Assembly (NCBI GenBank): GCA_965242865.1
Contig: CBDETK010000013.1
Coordinates: 2,016,001 to 2,080,000 of the forward strand
DNA from: Candidatus Latescibacterota bacterium
GTDB lineage: Bacteria > Latescibacterota > UBA2968 > UBA8231
Length of the DNA stretch: 64,000 bases
Direction of reading: 5' to 3'
The translations under genes were made by a program, and so were the position numbers. Position 1 is the stretch's first letter, and every line of letters starts with the position of its first letter. The notes beneath the pieces are model-generated. The model searched no databases. It saw nothing but the letters and a program-made list of their open reading frames with translations, and was not told where the DNA came from. Below, in pieces: positions 10,113 to 19,135 of the stretch.

Positions 10113-10131
10113 CAGCAAGGAAAACGCCATG
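10113..10131 (+). repeat. 19-bp direct repeat copy 2
   Basis: cagcaaggaaaacgccatg, native RBS/start of pepF. Confidence 0.85.
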
Positions 10132-11952
10132 ACCGCTACCTCACCCGCTATGGACTGGGACCTGACGAGCTATTTCGCTGAATTTGACGGCCCGGCCATG
10201 CGGCAATTCAAAGAAGCCCTGCAAAGGGATATGGCGGCGGCACGCCAGCAAGCCGCTGCCCTAGCCCCGCTTGCCGCGGACAATGCCGACGCTTGGGAAG
10301 CCATATTCCTCTTGGCGGAGGGCCTGATCGACCGCCTCTCCCATCTAGGTTCCTACCTCGGCTGTCTCACGGCAGCGGACGCCCGCAATGAGGACTACGC
10401 CCGCGAGGAAGCCGCCTTTGCCCTGCTGGCGGCCGAGAGCGAAAAACTCGATGTCGAACTCTTGCGGGCACTCAAGGACGCGGCGGACGAAACTTTTGCC
10501 GAGTTCGCCCAACGGCCCGCCTTGGCCGACTGCCGCCACTTCCTCGGCCGCCAGCGCGAAGACGCGCAACGCACCATGAGCCCGGAGCAGGAGATGCTCT
10601 CGGCCGACCTCGGGGTTGACGGTCTCCACGCTTGGGGCCGCCTCTACGACTCAATCGCCGGCAAGCTCGAATTCGACATCGCATTTCCCGATGGCCGCAC
10701 CGAACGACGCCCTATGGCGCAACGCCGCGCCCTGATGGAAGACCCAGACCGCCGGGTCCGCCAAGCGGCCTTTGACGGGGGCAATCGGGCTTGGGCAAGC
10801 ATGGAAGACGTAGCCTGCGCCGCGCTCAACGCCATCTCGGGGACGCGGCTGACCCTCAATCAGCACCGCGGCGTCAACCACTTTCTCGATGTCGCCCTCT
10901 TCGCGGCCTCAATTTCGCCCCAGACCCTCGACGCGATGTTCGCGGCTATCGCCGATCAAATCGAGCTGCCCCGGCGCATCCTCGCCCTCAAGGCGCGATT
11001 GATGGGCACCGAGGGCGTGGCCTGGTACGATCTGGGTGCCCCGCTGCCGCTGCCCGATCAAGGGCCGATCTCTTGGGAAGAGGGCACAGCCCTGGTCGCC
11101 CGCTCCTTTGCGACCGCTTACCCGCGCTTGGGGGAATTTCTCGGCCAAGTCTGCGACCGCAAATGGATTGAGTACGCGCCCCGCCCGGGCAAACGGCCCG
11201 GGGCCTTTTGCACCGGCTCGCTGTTGACCCGCGAGTCCCGCATCTATATGACCTACAACGACACCCTCGGCGATGTGCTCACGCTCGCCCACGAGGTCGG
11301 GCACGCCTTCCACAGCTACATCATGCGCGATGTGCGTACTTACGCCCACTCCTACCCGATGACGCTGGCCGAATCGGCCTCGACCTTCGGGGAGATGATC
11401 CTCACCGAGGGCATCCTCGCCGACCCCTCCTTCAGCCCGGCCCAAAAGGCCAGCGCACTCCATCAAGAGATGGGCCACGGCGCGATCTTCCTGCTGGACA
11501 TCCCCGTGCGCTACCAGTTCGAGAAAAAGCTCTACGAAGAGCGCGCCAACGGCGAACTCACCGTCAGCCGCCTCAAGGAACTCATGGTCGAAACCCAGCG
11601 CGGAGTCTTCGGCGACGCGCTCGCACCGGGGGGCGAAGACCCTTACTTCTGGGCCTCAAAGCTCCACTTCTACATCACCGGCGTGACCTTCTACAATTTC
11701 CCGTACACCTTTGGCTTCCTGCTCAGCCGCGGCCTGTATTCAATGTTTAAGCAAGAGGGGAGCGACTTTCTGCCGCGCTACGAGCAATTCCTCCGTCTCA
11801 CCGGCAGCGACACCGCCGAGGGCGTGGCCCGCCGGGCCTTGGGCCGCGACCTCGAAGACCCCCAGTTCTGGACCGAGGCCATCCAGACTTTGGAAGCTCC
11901 ACTGGCCGAGCTGGAGAAACTGTTACCCGAGGTTTTACCTGAGCATTCTTAG
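10129..11952 (+). CDS. pepF: M3B oligoendopeptidase F
   Basis: WDL N-terminus, GKRPGAFC, TLAHEVGHAFH (HExxH), LAESASTFGE, HFY...FYNFPYTFG. Confidence 0.9.
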   Translation: MTATSPAMDWDLTSYFAEFDGPAMRQFKEALQRDMAAARQQAAALAPLAADNADAWEAIFLLAEGLIDRLSHLGSYLGCLTAADARNEDYAREEAAFALLAAESEKLDVELLRALKDAADETFAEFAQRPALADCRHFLGRQREDAQRTMSPEQEMLSADLGVDGLHAWGRLYDSIAGKLEFDIAFPDGRTERRPMAQRRALMEDPDRRVRQAAFDGGNRAWASMEDVACAALNAISGTRLTLNQHRGVNHFLDVALFAASISPQTLDAMFAAIADQIELPRRILALKARLMGTEGVAWYDLGAPLPLPDQGPISWEEGTALVARSFATAYPRLGEFLGQVCDRKWIEYAPRPGKRPGAFCTGSLLTRESRIYMTYNDTLGDVLTLAHEVGHAFHSYIMRDVRTYAHSYPMTLAESASTFGEMILTEGILADPSFSPAQKASALHQEMGHGAIFLLDIPVRYQFEKKLYEERANGELTVSRLKELMVETQRGVFGDALAPGGEDPYFWASKLHFYITGVTFYNFPYTFGFLLSRGLYSMFKQEGSDFLPRYEQFLRLTGSDTAEGVARRALGRDLEDPQFWTEAIQTLEAPLAELEKLLPEVLPEHS

Positions 11953-11956
11953 CTGA

Positions 11957-12075
11957 TATAGCAATCCTATATCATTCAAGACTGGATTCCCGCTTTCGCG
12001 GGAATGACTTCTCGTAGGCAGAAAAGACGATGCCGATCAACATTCCATGCTTTCGAATCATTTAGGACGGCTATA
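11957..12075. mobile_element. MITE with TATA-ended inverted repeats and an internal ATTCCC-N8-GGGAAT palindrome
   Basis: Left tatagcaatcctatatcatt, right aatcatttaggacggctata; inverted partial copy at 28608-28683. Confidence 0.75.
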
Positions 12076-12095
12076 ATACAACCGCAAGGACTCCC

Positions 12096-12851
12096 ATGTT
12101 GCGCGTACTCCTAGTCTTCTTCTTGTGCATCGGCCCGGCCCACGCCGCCGACAACCCCCCCGCTCCCGGCTTCAATGCGGCCGATTCCGACCCCAAAGCC
12201 ATCGCCCTAGCCGACGAAGTTATGGCCGCGCTGGGGGGGCGCGCCAACTGGGACGCCACTCGCTACATCACTTGGCGCTTTTTCGGTTTCCGCTTACACG
12301 TGTGGGACAAGTGGACGGGGGATATCCGCTTTGAGGAAGGCGATCTGACGGTGCTGATGAACATTCACAGCAAACAGGGCCGCGCCTTTGCCAGCGGTGC
12401 GGCAATCAGCGACCCCGACACCCTCGCGACCAAACTCGACCACGCCTACCGCGCTTGGATCAACGACTCGTACTGGCTGGTCATGCCCTACAAGCTCAAG
12501 GACACCGGTGTCACCCTGCGCTATCGGGGCCTTGAAGCCACCCAAGACGGCCGCCCGGCCCAAGTGCTGGAACTCACGTTCAAAGACGTCGGCGTCACCC
12601 CGCAGAACAAATACGCGGTCTGGATCGACCGAGAATCGCGGCTGGTTACTCAATGGGCTTTCTACCGCGACGCGGCCGACGCCGAACCGCGCTTTACCGG
12701 CCCGTGGACGAACTGGCAACGCCACGGAGCCATTTTGCTCTCCGACGGGCGCGGCGAGCGCGAGCACACGGATGTGGGGGTCTTCGACGAATTGCCGCGC
12801 TCGGTCTTTACGAGTCCAGAACCTGTCGCTTGCCCTTGTTCAAGTAGGTAG
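12096..12851 (+). CDS. Secreted hypothetical protein (LolA/DUF6503-like)
   Basis: Signal peptide ending AHA; ALGG..W, WINDSYWLVMPYKL, GVTPQNKY; SD aagga. Confidence 0.7.
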   Translation: MLRVLLVFFLCIGPAHAADNPPAPGFNAADSDPKAIALADEVMAALGGRANWDATRYITWRFFGFRLHVWDKWTGDIRFEEGDLTVLMNIHSKQGRAFASGAAISDPDTLATKLDHAYRAWINDSYWLVMPYKLKDTGVTLRYRGLEATQDGRPAQVLELTFKDVGVTPQNKYAVWIDRESRLVTQWAFYRDAADAEPRFTGPWTNWQRHGAILLSDGRGEREHTDVGVFDELPRSVFTSPEPVACPCSSR

Positions 12852-12858
12852 TGCTCGC

Positions 12859-13704
12859 TCAGTTGCGCGAAAACTCGACCAACTGCCCTCCGCACTCGTC
12901 TCTCATTTTTTGCAACGCCCGGTTCCGCAACTGCCGGACGCGCTCGCGGGTGACGCCCATGGACTCGCCGATTTCTTCCAAGGTCTTGGGCGCACCGTCG
13001 TTGAGGCCAAAGTAAGCGCGGACGATGTGGGACTCGCGGGCATCGAGCACCTTTAGACAATCGGCTACAGCCGCGCGCATTTCCCCATCGATGAAGCGAT
13101 CGTGCGAGCTGGGCTCGGCCGAGACAAACGTCTGGGCAAACGTCACCTCGCCATCGGCAAAAGCAGGGGCGTCCAAGGGCAGGTCCGGCTGCCCCATCTC
13201 AAAGGCGTTGCGGATGCGCTCGGCCGAGAAATCGATGGCGGCGGCGATCTCCTCCGCCGTCGGGGCGCGCCCCAACTGCTGAGAGAGGACCGCGGCCTCC
13301 TTTTCGACCTTCTGCCGGTCGCTGACCCGGCTCAGGGGCGGGCGGGCAATTTTGCCGTGTTCGGCCAAGGCCCGGAGAATCGCTTGGCGAATCCACCACA
13401 CCGCATAGGTGATGAACTTAAAGCCGCGCGTCTCGTCAAACCGCTGGACCGCTTCGAGCAACCCGAGGTTGCCCTCGGAAATCAGCTCGATTAGGGAGAG
13501 ACCGCAGTCGTGGTACTCGCGGGCGACGCGCACCACAAAGCGCAGATTGGCCTGCACCAACGCCTGACGCGCCTTTTCGTCTCCTGCCTTGGCGCGCTTA
13601 AAAAGGGCTATCTCTTCCTCGCGGCTGAGCGGCTCGGAGTCTTTTATATCGCGCCAGTAGAGGTCGGTGGCCGAGTACATGGTCTCTTTTTTGAGGGCGT
13701 CCAT
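12859..13704 (-). CDS. Sigma-70 family RNA polymerase sigma factor (RpoD/RpoS-like, no region 1.1)
   Basis: ANLRFVV, LISEGNLGL, RFDETRGFKFITYAVWWIRQAI, TLEEIG..MGVTRERVRQ. Confidence 0.9.
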   Translation of the reverse strand: MDALKKETMYSATDLYWRDIKDSEPLSREEEIALFKRAKAGDEKARQALVQANLRFVVRVAREYHDCGLSLIELISEGNLGLLEAVQRFDETRGFKFITYAVWWIRQAILRALAEHGKIARPPLSRVSDRQKVEKEAAVLSQQLGRAPTAEEIAAAIDFSAERIRNAFEMGQPDLPLDAPAFADGEVTFAQTFVSAEPSSHDRFIDGEMRAAVADCLKVLDARESHIVRAYFGLNDGAPKTLEEIGESMGVTRERVRQLRNRALQKMRDECGGQLVEFSRN

Positions 13705-13803
13705 TTTGGTTTCCAAAGTTCACGTTCACGTTAGAGTCGAAGGTAGAATGCCAACTGAACAGCTGCAATACTATCTTTTTGACGCCCCAAGACAGCCAAA
13801 TAT

Positions 13804-14226
13804 TCAATCCACAGGCAGTTGGCGGCTCTTTTTTTTCTCGGAATGACGCCGCTTGCTGTTGAGGCGGCGCGCTTGGGCGGCGCGGCTGGGCTTGGTTTTT
13901 TCGCGCTTAGGCGGCTGCTGGAGCGCCGCGGCGAGCAGGGCGGCCAGCTTACTGAGGCAGTCGGCGCGATTGCGTCCCTGCGTGCGAAACCGCTCCGACT
14001 GAATCGACAGAATCCCTGCGCTGTTCAGCCGAGCGGCCAACTTCTCGGCAATCTGCTGGCGCTGCTCGGGGCTGAGCACCGCGCTGTGGACAAAATCAAA
14101 CTGCAGCTCAACCGAGGTATTGAGCTTGTTGACGTTTTGGCCCCCCGGCCCAGAGCTGCGGCGAAACTTGAAGCGCAGCTCGGAAAGCGGAATGGCGAGC
14201 GAGGGGGAGACGTACAGGGTTTCCAT
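13804..14226 (-). CDS. arfB: Alternative ribosome rescue peptidyl-tRNA hydrolase ArfB
   Basis: RSSGPGGQNVNK (GGQ), basic C-terminal tail TKPSRAAQARRLNSKRRHSEKK. Confidence 0.9.
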   Translation of the reverse strand: METLYVSPSLAIPLSELRFKFRRSSGPGGQNVNKLNTSVELQFDFVHSAVLSPEQRQQIAEKLAARLNSAGILSIQSERFRTQGRNRADCLSKLAALLAAALQQPPKREKTKPSRAAQARRLNSKRRHSEKKKSRQLPVD

Positions 14227-14335
14227 AATTGGCGGTCGCTCCTTGGCCGGCAGACTTGAAGATAACCTAATATCTGTTCTTTATTATGTCCCGCAGCACA
14301 CCCGCTATCCCACTTTCGTCAAGGAGAGACTCTCT

Positions 14336-15502
14336 ATGAAACGCTATACCGCGGCAATCGTCGGCTGTGGCTCCATAGGCAATGCCCACATAGAAGGCTA
14401 CAATCTCGTGGACGAGGTCGAGGTGATCGCTGTCGCCGACCCGGTCGCCATGGCGCGCAAGACCTACGTTGAAGAGTATGACATCCCTCGGGAATTTGAC
14501 ACGGTCGAAGAGATGATGGAAAAGGCCCGGCCCGACATCGTCAGCGTCTGCACTTGGCACCTGTTGCATCCGGCTCCCACGATTGCCGCGGCCGAGGGCG
14601 GTGCCCGCGCCGTCATCTGCGAAAAACCCATGGCCATCGGCATGGCCTCCGCCGACTCCATGGTCAATGCCTGCGAAGCACACGGCACCCAACTGGTCAT
14701 CAGTCACCAGCGCCGCTTTACCCCGGGGTGGGAAAAGGCCAAGGCACTCGTGGAAGAGGGCGCGATTGGCGAGCCGCTCTTCGTCACCAACAAGGTCGCC
14801 GATGGGCTGACCAACTGGGGCACGCATTCCATTGACGGTTCGCGCTTTGTGCTCGGCGACCCCCGTGCCCAATGGGTTATGGGCGCGGTCGAGCGCCGCA
14901 CCGACCGCTACGAGCGCGACACCATGATCGAAGACGCCTGCATGGGGTTGGTCCACTTTGCCGGCGATCTCCAGCTTTTCATTCAGTCCGATCTCATGCG
15001 CGAGGGCGCGGCGGCCGGCCATTTTGAAATCCGCGGTCGCGAAGGGATTTTGTCGGTGAGCGAGACTCAAGTCCAGCTTATGAACGCCTCCTCTGGCGGC
15101 TGGCGAGACGTCGAGCTCGCGCTTACCGAAGGCTCCAAGGCCATTGGCGGCAACACCAACGCCGCCCAAGTCCGCGAACTCATCGCCTGTCTCGAAGGCC
15201 ACAAGGCCGAGCACCGCAACGCCGGCACCACGGCCCGCGACACCGTAGAAATCATGATGGCCCTTTACGAATCAGCGCGCCGCAACCGCGTGATCCACCT
15301 GCCGCTGCAAGAAAAGGGCTATCCCCTCCAACTCATGGTCGAGGAGGGCAACCTGCCCGTGGAAGTTGAGGGCCGCTATGACATCCGCGGCTTTCTCAAG
15401 CGCGAGGGCATTGACGAGGCCCAGTACAAAAAGCTCTGGGACGAGGGCATGGGGCACCACCAAATCATGCGCCAACTTCACGACGCAATGAACCCGCGCT
15501 GA
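14336..15502 (+). CDS. Gfo/Idh/MocA family oxidoreductase
   Basis: AAIVGCGSIG Rossmann, CEKPMA, HQRRF, GTHSID; SD aaggag. Confidence 0.85.
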   Translation: MKRYTAAIVGCGSIGNAHIEGYNLVDEVEVIAVADPVAMARKTYVEEYDIPREFDTVEEMMEKARPDIVSVCTWHLLHPAPTIAAAEGGARAVICEKPMAIGMASADSMVNACEAHGTQLVISHQRRFTPGWEKAKALVEEGAIGEPLFVTNKVADGLTNWGTHSIDGSRFVLGDPRAQWVMGAVERRTDRYERDTMIEDACMGLVHFAGDLQLFIQSDLMREGAAAGHFEIRGREGILSVSETQVQLMNASSGGWRDVELALTEGSKAIGGNTNAAQVRELIACLEGHKAEHRNAGTTARDTVEIMMALYESARRNRVIHLPLQEKGYPLQLMVEEGNLPVEVEGRYDIRGFLKREGIDEAQYKKLWDEGMGHHQIMRQLHDAMNPR

Positions 15503-15516
15503 GCCGCGATCCCATG

Positions 15517-15545
15517 TTGACATTCCCCAGCCCCTCCTGTACCTT
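15517..15545 (+). promoter_or_regulatory. sigma-70 promoter for rpsR
   Basis: TTGACA-N17-TACCTT. Confidence 0.6.
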
Positions 15546-15603
15546 CTATTTTTTCTAAACTTACGTGCCCGCCCAAGCGGATGCTTTAACAAGGAGCGTC
15601 GTC

Positions 15604-15831
15604 ATCGCCAAGTTCCGCAGCACGCGCCGAGAGGCCGTAGCCAAGCTCAAGTCCGAAGACATCGACTACAAGCGCCTCGATGTCCTAGTCAAGTTTATCA
15701 CGCCGACCGGCAAGATCGAATCGGCCCGGCGCACCGGCGCCACGCGCAAGCAGCAGACGCGCGTTGGCCGCGCCATCAAGCGCGCTCGCTTTTTAGCCCT
15801 CGTCCCCCACACCATCGACGATACTCGTTGA
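15604..15831 (+). CDS. rpsR: 30S ribosomal protein S18 (Cys-less form), probable ATC start
   Basis: IDYK..L..FI...GKI...RRTG....Q..V..AIKRARFLAL.P; SD AAGGAG 15591-15596 sits 7 nt before in-frame ATC. Confidence 0.85.
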   Translation: MAKFRSTRREAVAKLKSEDIDYKRLDVLVKFITPTGKIESARRTGATRKQQTRVGRAIKRARFLALVPHTIDDTR

Positions 15832-15895
15832 CCAGCGCACCCCGTGCTTGAGACCCGCGCCCTAGCACCAGACCCTCAAACCTCATGAGGTCTCA

Positions 15896-16219
15896 GTGGA
15901 TACCCTGTGGAACAATCTCGTCAAAGGGCTACAAGAAGGGGCTGCGGCCGCGGCCGACAAGGCTGGCGACCTGACCCGCCTAGCGCGTGCCCGGCTCGAC
16001 ATCGCCGCTGCGAGGACCCAACTCCACCGCACCCAAGCGGATCTGGGAGCACGGGTCCACCAGCTCCTCGAAGCTGGGGACGATCCCGTAGCCGACGATC
16101 AAGTACAAGCCCTGAACCAACAGCTCAAAGAGCAGAGCACTGCGCTCGCCGATTGCGAGGCGGCCTACGAAGCACTGCAGAGCACAGTGCGCACGGCCGG
16201 CGAGCGCAACGCCGATTAG
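15896..16219 (+). CDS. Hypothetical coiled-coil protein
   Basis: Helical ORF with SD gagg before GTG. Confidence 0.6.
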   Translation: MDTLWNNLVKGLQEGAAAAADKAGDLTRLARARLDIAAARTQLHRTQADLGARVHQLLEAGDDPVADDQVQALNQQLKEQSTALADCEAAYEALQSTVRTAGERNAD

Positions 16220-16295
16220 CAGTACCTCCGCTAGTAACCAATGCGGCTCTATCTTTTGCGACGCCGGCGTAATCAAGGTCGCCCCCCTTACTCCA

Positions 16296-16367
16296 CGACA
16301 CCAGCAACTAGCCTTCCAAGGGTCGAGGGCCTCTTACCCTCGTTGAGGGCGGGACGCCCTCGATCCC
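16296..16367. repeat. REP-like palindrome
   Basis: gggtcgagggc...gccctcgatccc; related copy cgacacca...ttccaaggatcgagggcatcttgccctcg at 42783-42828. Confidence 0.55.
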
Positions 16368-16439
16368 GAACGCAGCAGGAACAGCAGAAAATGCGTACGC
16401 AGTTGGGGCTATCTGAGTATTTGGCGGTTGTTGAGCATC

Positions 16440-16518
16440 TGACAGGACGCCGCGGGCGATGGCGGCGTTTGAAGGTCATAAGGACGTAGCGGCCTATTTG
16501 GCGTCGGTAGGAGGGTAG
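16440..16518 (+). pseudogene. Orphan ankyrin-gene 3' end (AFEGHKDVAAYLASVGG*)
   Basis: Matches the C-termini of the neighbouring ankyrin proteins; duplicated at about 20241-20286. Confidence 0.6.
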
Positions 16519-16522
16519 AGTA

Positions 16523-16632
16523 GCCTGAGTCTGCCCGTGCAAAGGGGGTGGTTAAGGCATTCCATCCTCTTGGAGGCCGGGGCTTAGGCGTTAGGGTGGC
16601 TGTTGGCGCACGGGAACGGCCGCCCTCTTTTT
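16523..16632 (+). ncRNA. Candidate structured cis-regulatory RNA, copy 1
   Basis: P1 gcctgagtc/gggcttaggc, P2 agggggtgg/ccatcctct, terminator agggtggctgtt/aacggccgccct+U tract, loop gcacggg complementary to cccgtgc. Confidence 0.55.
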
Positions 16633-16684
16633 GTGCAAATTGTGCTTTTTGTGGCTCATAACTGATTCACGGAGGAGTTTTGCG

Positions 16685-17134
16685 ATGCGTTGGTTGCTGG
16701 TGGTCTTGGTTGGGTTGGTGTTGGGCTGCGGGGACGATCCGGTGTCGTCGACGGGCAAGAAGCTGTCTGCGGTGGAGGAGCCGGTGTCGCTGTCCGAAGC
16801 GGCTCGTGCAGAGCTGGACCGTCGGGGTATCCCTTATACGGAGGGGGCTTTTCTTAGTGCGGCTTTGGCGGGTGACTTGGCGGTTGTCAAGCTATTCGTA
16901 GAGGCGGGTATGCCGGTTTATATCGCCGACGGCAACGGCTGGACGGTTCTGCACTGGGCGGCGTTTGGAGGTGATTTGGAGGTTGTCAAGTATTTGGTTG
17001 AGCAGGGGGCGGACGTGAACGCTTGGAACTTCTACCAAGATACCCCTATGTGGGCGGCGGGGCGCGGTCATAGTTCCGCCGTGTCGAGGTATTTTCGTTC
17101 GTATTTGGATTCGTTGAGGACCGCGGGCGGGTAG
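16685..17134 (+). CDS. Ankyrin-repeat lipoprotein
   Basis: Lipobox LVLGC; GWTVLHWAAFGGDLEVVKYLVEQGADVN; SD ggagga. Confidence 0.85.
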   Translation: MRWLLVVLVGLVLGCGDDPVSSTGKKLSAVEEPVSLSEAARAELDRRGIPYTEGAFLSAALAGDLAVVKLFVEAGMPVYIADGNGWTVLHWAAFGGDLEVVKYLVEQGADVNAWNFYQDTPMWAAGRGHSSAVSRYFRSYLDSLRTAGG

Positions 17135-17191
17135 GACGGTGACGTGAAGGTTTTGTCTTTTTTTGTGATGCAGGGGGGCTGATGGCGGCTG

Positions 17192-17341
17192 ATGGCGGCT
17201 ACTCAGAGCGGACGAACTCGGATTAGTGCGGAACGGAAGGCGGCGTTGTGTGCGGATATGCGACGGTTGAATGGGCTTGGCTGTACGCAGTCTCAGGTCG
17301 CGGCTGAATTGGGGTTGTCGGCTACGACGGTTCGGCGGTGA
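17192..17341 (+). pseudogene. Small helix-turn-helix protein, probably truncated by a TGG>TGA change
   Basis: MAATQSGRTRISAERKAALCADMRRLNGLGCTQSQVAAELGLSATTVRR*, frame continues LPRLIARHG. Confidence 0.55.
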
Positions 17342-17543
17342 TTGCCGCGGTTGATTGCCCGGCACGGCGTAGGACATGGGTGCGGTATTGTCGTAGGGTG
17401 GCTTTGCGGATGCGGGGTGCGGAGACTGACCGATACTGGGCCGGTCACGGGTTGGACATGGGCCGGCCGATACGCGCTTGACGCACTGGGGTCGCGCCCT
17501 AGTTTGCGGTGTTCACCTTTAACCCTTTCACAAGGAGCAATCA

Positions 17544-18368
17544 GTGAATCTGTACGGAATACTCGCGTGTCTGTCGGCGGCGATCATCATGGTCGGCTGC
17601 GGCGCGGACACGCTCCTCGCGCCGTCGAGCGAACCCGCGGCCCAACCCGCGGCCAAGCAAGCCAGTATGACGCCCGAGCAAGCGCGGGCGGAGCTTGACC
17701 GGCGCGAGATTTCTTATGAGGGCGGGACGTTCCTGTTGTACGCGCAACTGGGCAATGTGGAGGTCGTCACGCTCTTCATCACCGCGGGGATGGACATTGA
17801 AACGAAGAACCCGGCGGATGACTTTACGGCGTTGCACACGGCGGCCACCTATGGGCATTTGTCGGTTGTGCAGTATCTGGTCGGGCAAGGAGCTACACTC
17901 GACGCTACGGGTAAGAATGGCGAAACGCCCCTTATGTGGGCGGCGTTCAATGGGCATTTTGAGGTCGTGCATTATCTGGCTAGGCAGGGGGCCAGCCTGA
18001 TGGCAGAAACGACCCCCGGCGATAGGAGGGCTAAAACCATGGCCGAGGAAGGCGGCCATACGGCGGTAGCGCAGTATCTCCAAGTACGAGAGGAAGGTAG
18101 GCTTAGAAACGCGGCTACTCGTGGCGACCTTGCAGTTGTCAAGGAATGTGTAGCGGCGGGGGTGGCTATCGAATCGAGGGGCAGCAGCAGCGGCACCCCC
18201 CTTCACTGGGCGGCGGTGGGTGGTCATTTGGAGGTGGTGAAGTATCTGGTTGAGCAAGGAGCCAGCGTAACGGCGACCACCGACTATGGCGACAATACGG
18301 CTAAAGACATAGCTCTTTACTACGGCCATACCGCCGTAGTGGAGTATCTCGAGTCTCAAGGTGGGTAG
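17544..18368 (+). CDS. Ankyrin-repeat lipoprotein
   Basis: Lipobox IMVGC; multiple TALH/TPLH ankyrin repeats; SD aaggag before GTG. Confidence 0.9.
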   Translation: MNLYGILACLSAAIIMVGCGADTLLAPSSEPAAQPAAKQASMTPEQARAELDRREISYEGGTFLLYAQLGNVEVVTLFITAGMDIETKNPADDFTALHTAATYGHLSVVQYLVGQGATLDATGKNGETPLMWAAFNGHFEVVHYLARQGASLMAETTPGDRRAKTMAEEGGHTAVAQYLQVREEGRLRNAATRGDLAVVKECVAAGVAIESRGSSSGTPLHWAAVGGHLEVVKYLVEQGASVTATTDYGDNTAKDIALYYGHTAVVEYLESQGG

Positions 18369-18396
18369 CGGGGTCGCTCCCTCTTGAAAAGCAGGC

Positions 18397-18437
18397 AGGT
18401 CGGCACTCGATTGGGTTCGGGTGTCGGCCTTTTTTTT
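18397..18437 (+). terminator. Intrinsic terminator
   Basis: aggtcggcactcga/tcgggtgtcggcct stem plus T run; diverged copy at 21940-21975. Confidence 0.75.
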
Positions 18438-18529
18438 GAGGAACGTCTTGGTCTTGGTCTTGGCGGGTCTGTGGCGGGTGGATGCAGGGGCGCGGCCACT
18501 TTATTATTATCCCCATGGGAGGACGAGCT

Positions 18530-18985
18530 ATGAGCGAGCAACGCACAGAGAGCCAAGACCAAGGCTCCGCTACCTTTAACAAAGAACAAATTGAGTTGAT
18601 AGGCACCGTTTTAGATCTCCGGCTAAAAGCGGTGGTTGCGGAGATGCGCCTCGCAACCAAGGAGGAGGGGGAGAAGGTGCGCGAAGCAATGGATACGGCG
18701 ATTAAGGACACACGCACCGCAATGGATACGGCGATTAAGGATACACGCACCGAGATGAAGGGCGAGGTGCGCGACCAAATTCAAGCCCAATCCAAGCATT
18801 TTTATTGGGTTATAAGTGGTTTGGTCGCTATTTGGCTTGCCGTGGCGACCCTTGCTGTAAATAAGTGGCCGCAAGCCACTCCGGTTGCTGCGGTCGCTCC
18901 GGCAGCACCCGTTGCCCAAGTCGCGCCCGTTACTCCCGCCGAGCCTCCCGAGCTGAACGAGCCTCCCGAGCTGAGTCAGCCCTAA
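18530..18985 (+). CDS. Coiled-coil protein with C-terminal TM helix and Pro/Ala tail (Bdr/DUF1640-like)
   Basis: Tandem AMDTAIKDTRT repeat; FYWVISGLVAIWLAVATLAV; SD ggagga. Confidence 0.7.
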   Translation: MSEQRTESQDQGSATFNKEQIELIGTVLDLRLKAVVAEMRLATKEEGEKVREAMDTAIKDTRTAMDTAIKDTRTEMKGEVRDQIQAQSKHFYWVISGLVAIWLAVATLAVNKWPQATPVAAVAPAAPVAQVAPVTPAEPPELNEPPELSQP

Positions 18986-19135
18986 TACTCTCGCTGTCGT
19001 TGCCTTCTTGGTGGTGGTGCAGTAAAAGCGGCTTTCTCTTTTGGGGCGGGTGCTGGCGCGGACGGGTTGGCCCGTGATTGGTTCAGTTGCTCTTGGACTG
19101 CTTAGGAGGCATTGGGGGCGGTCTGGGGGTGATGC

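Noticed and set aside
16523-16632. ZTP (pfl) or cobalamin riboswitch
   Set aside because: Similar topology to ZTP, but it lacks the GACUGGCG and CGCCUGGG consensus, has no B12 box, and the downstream genes are unrelated to those pathways.
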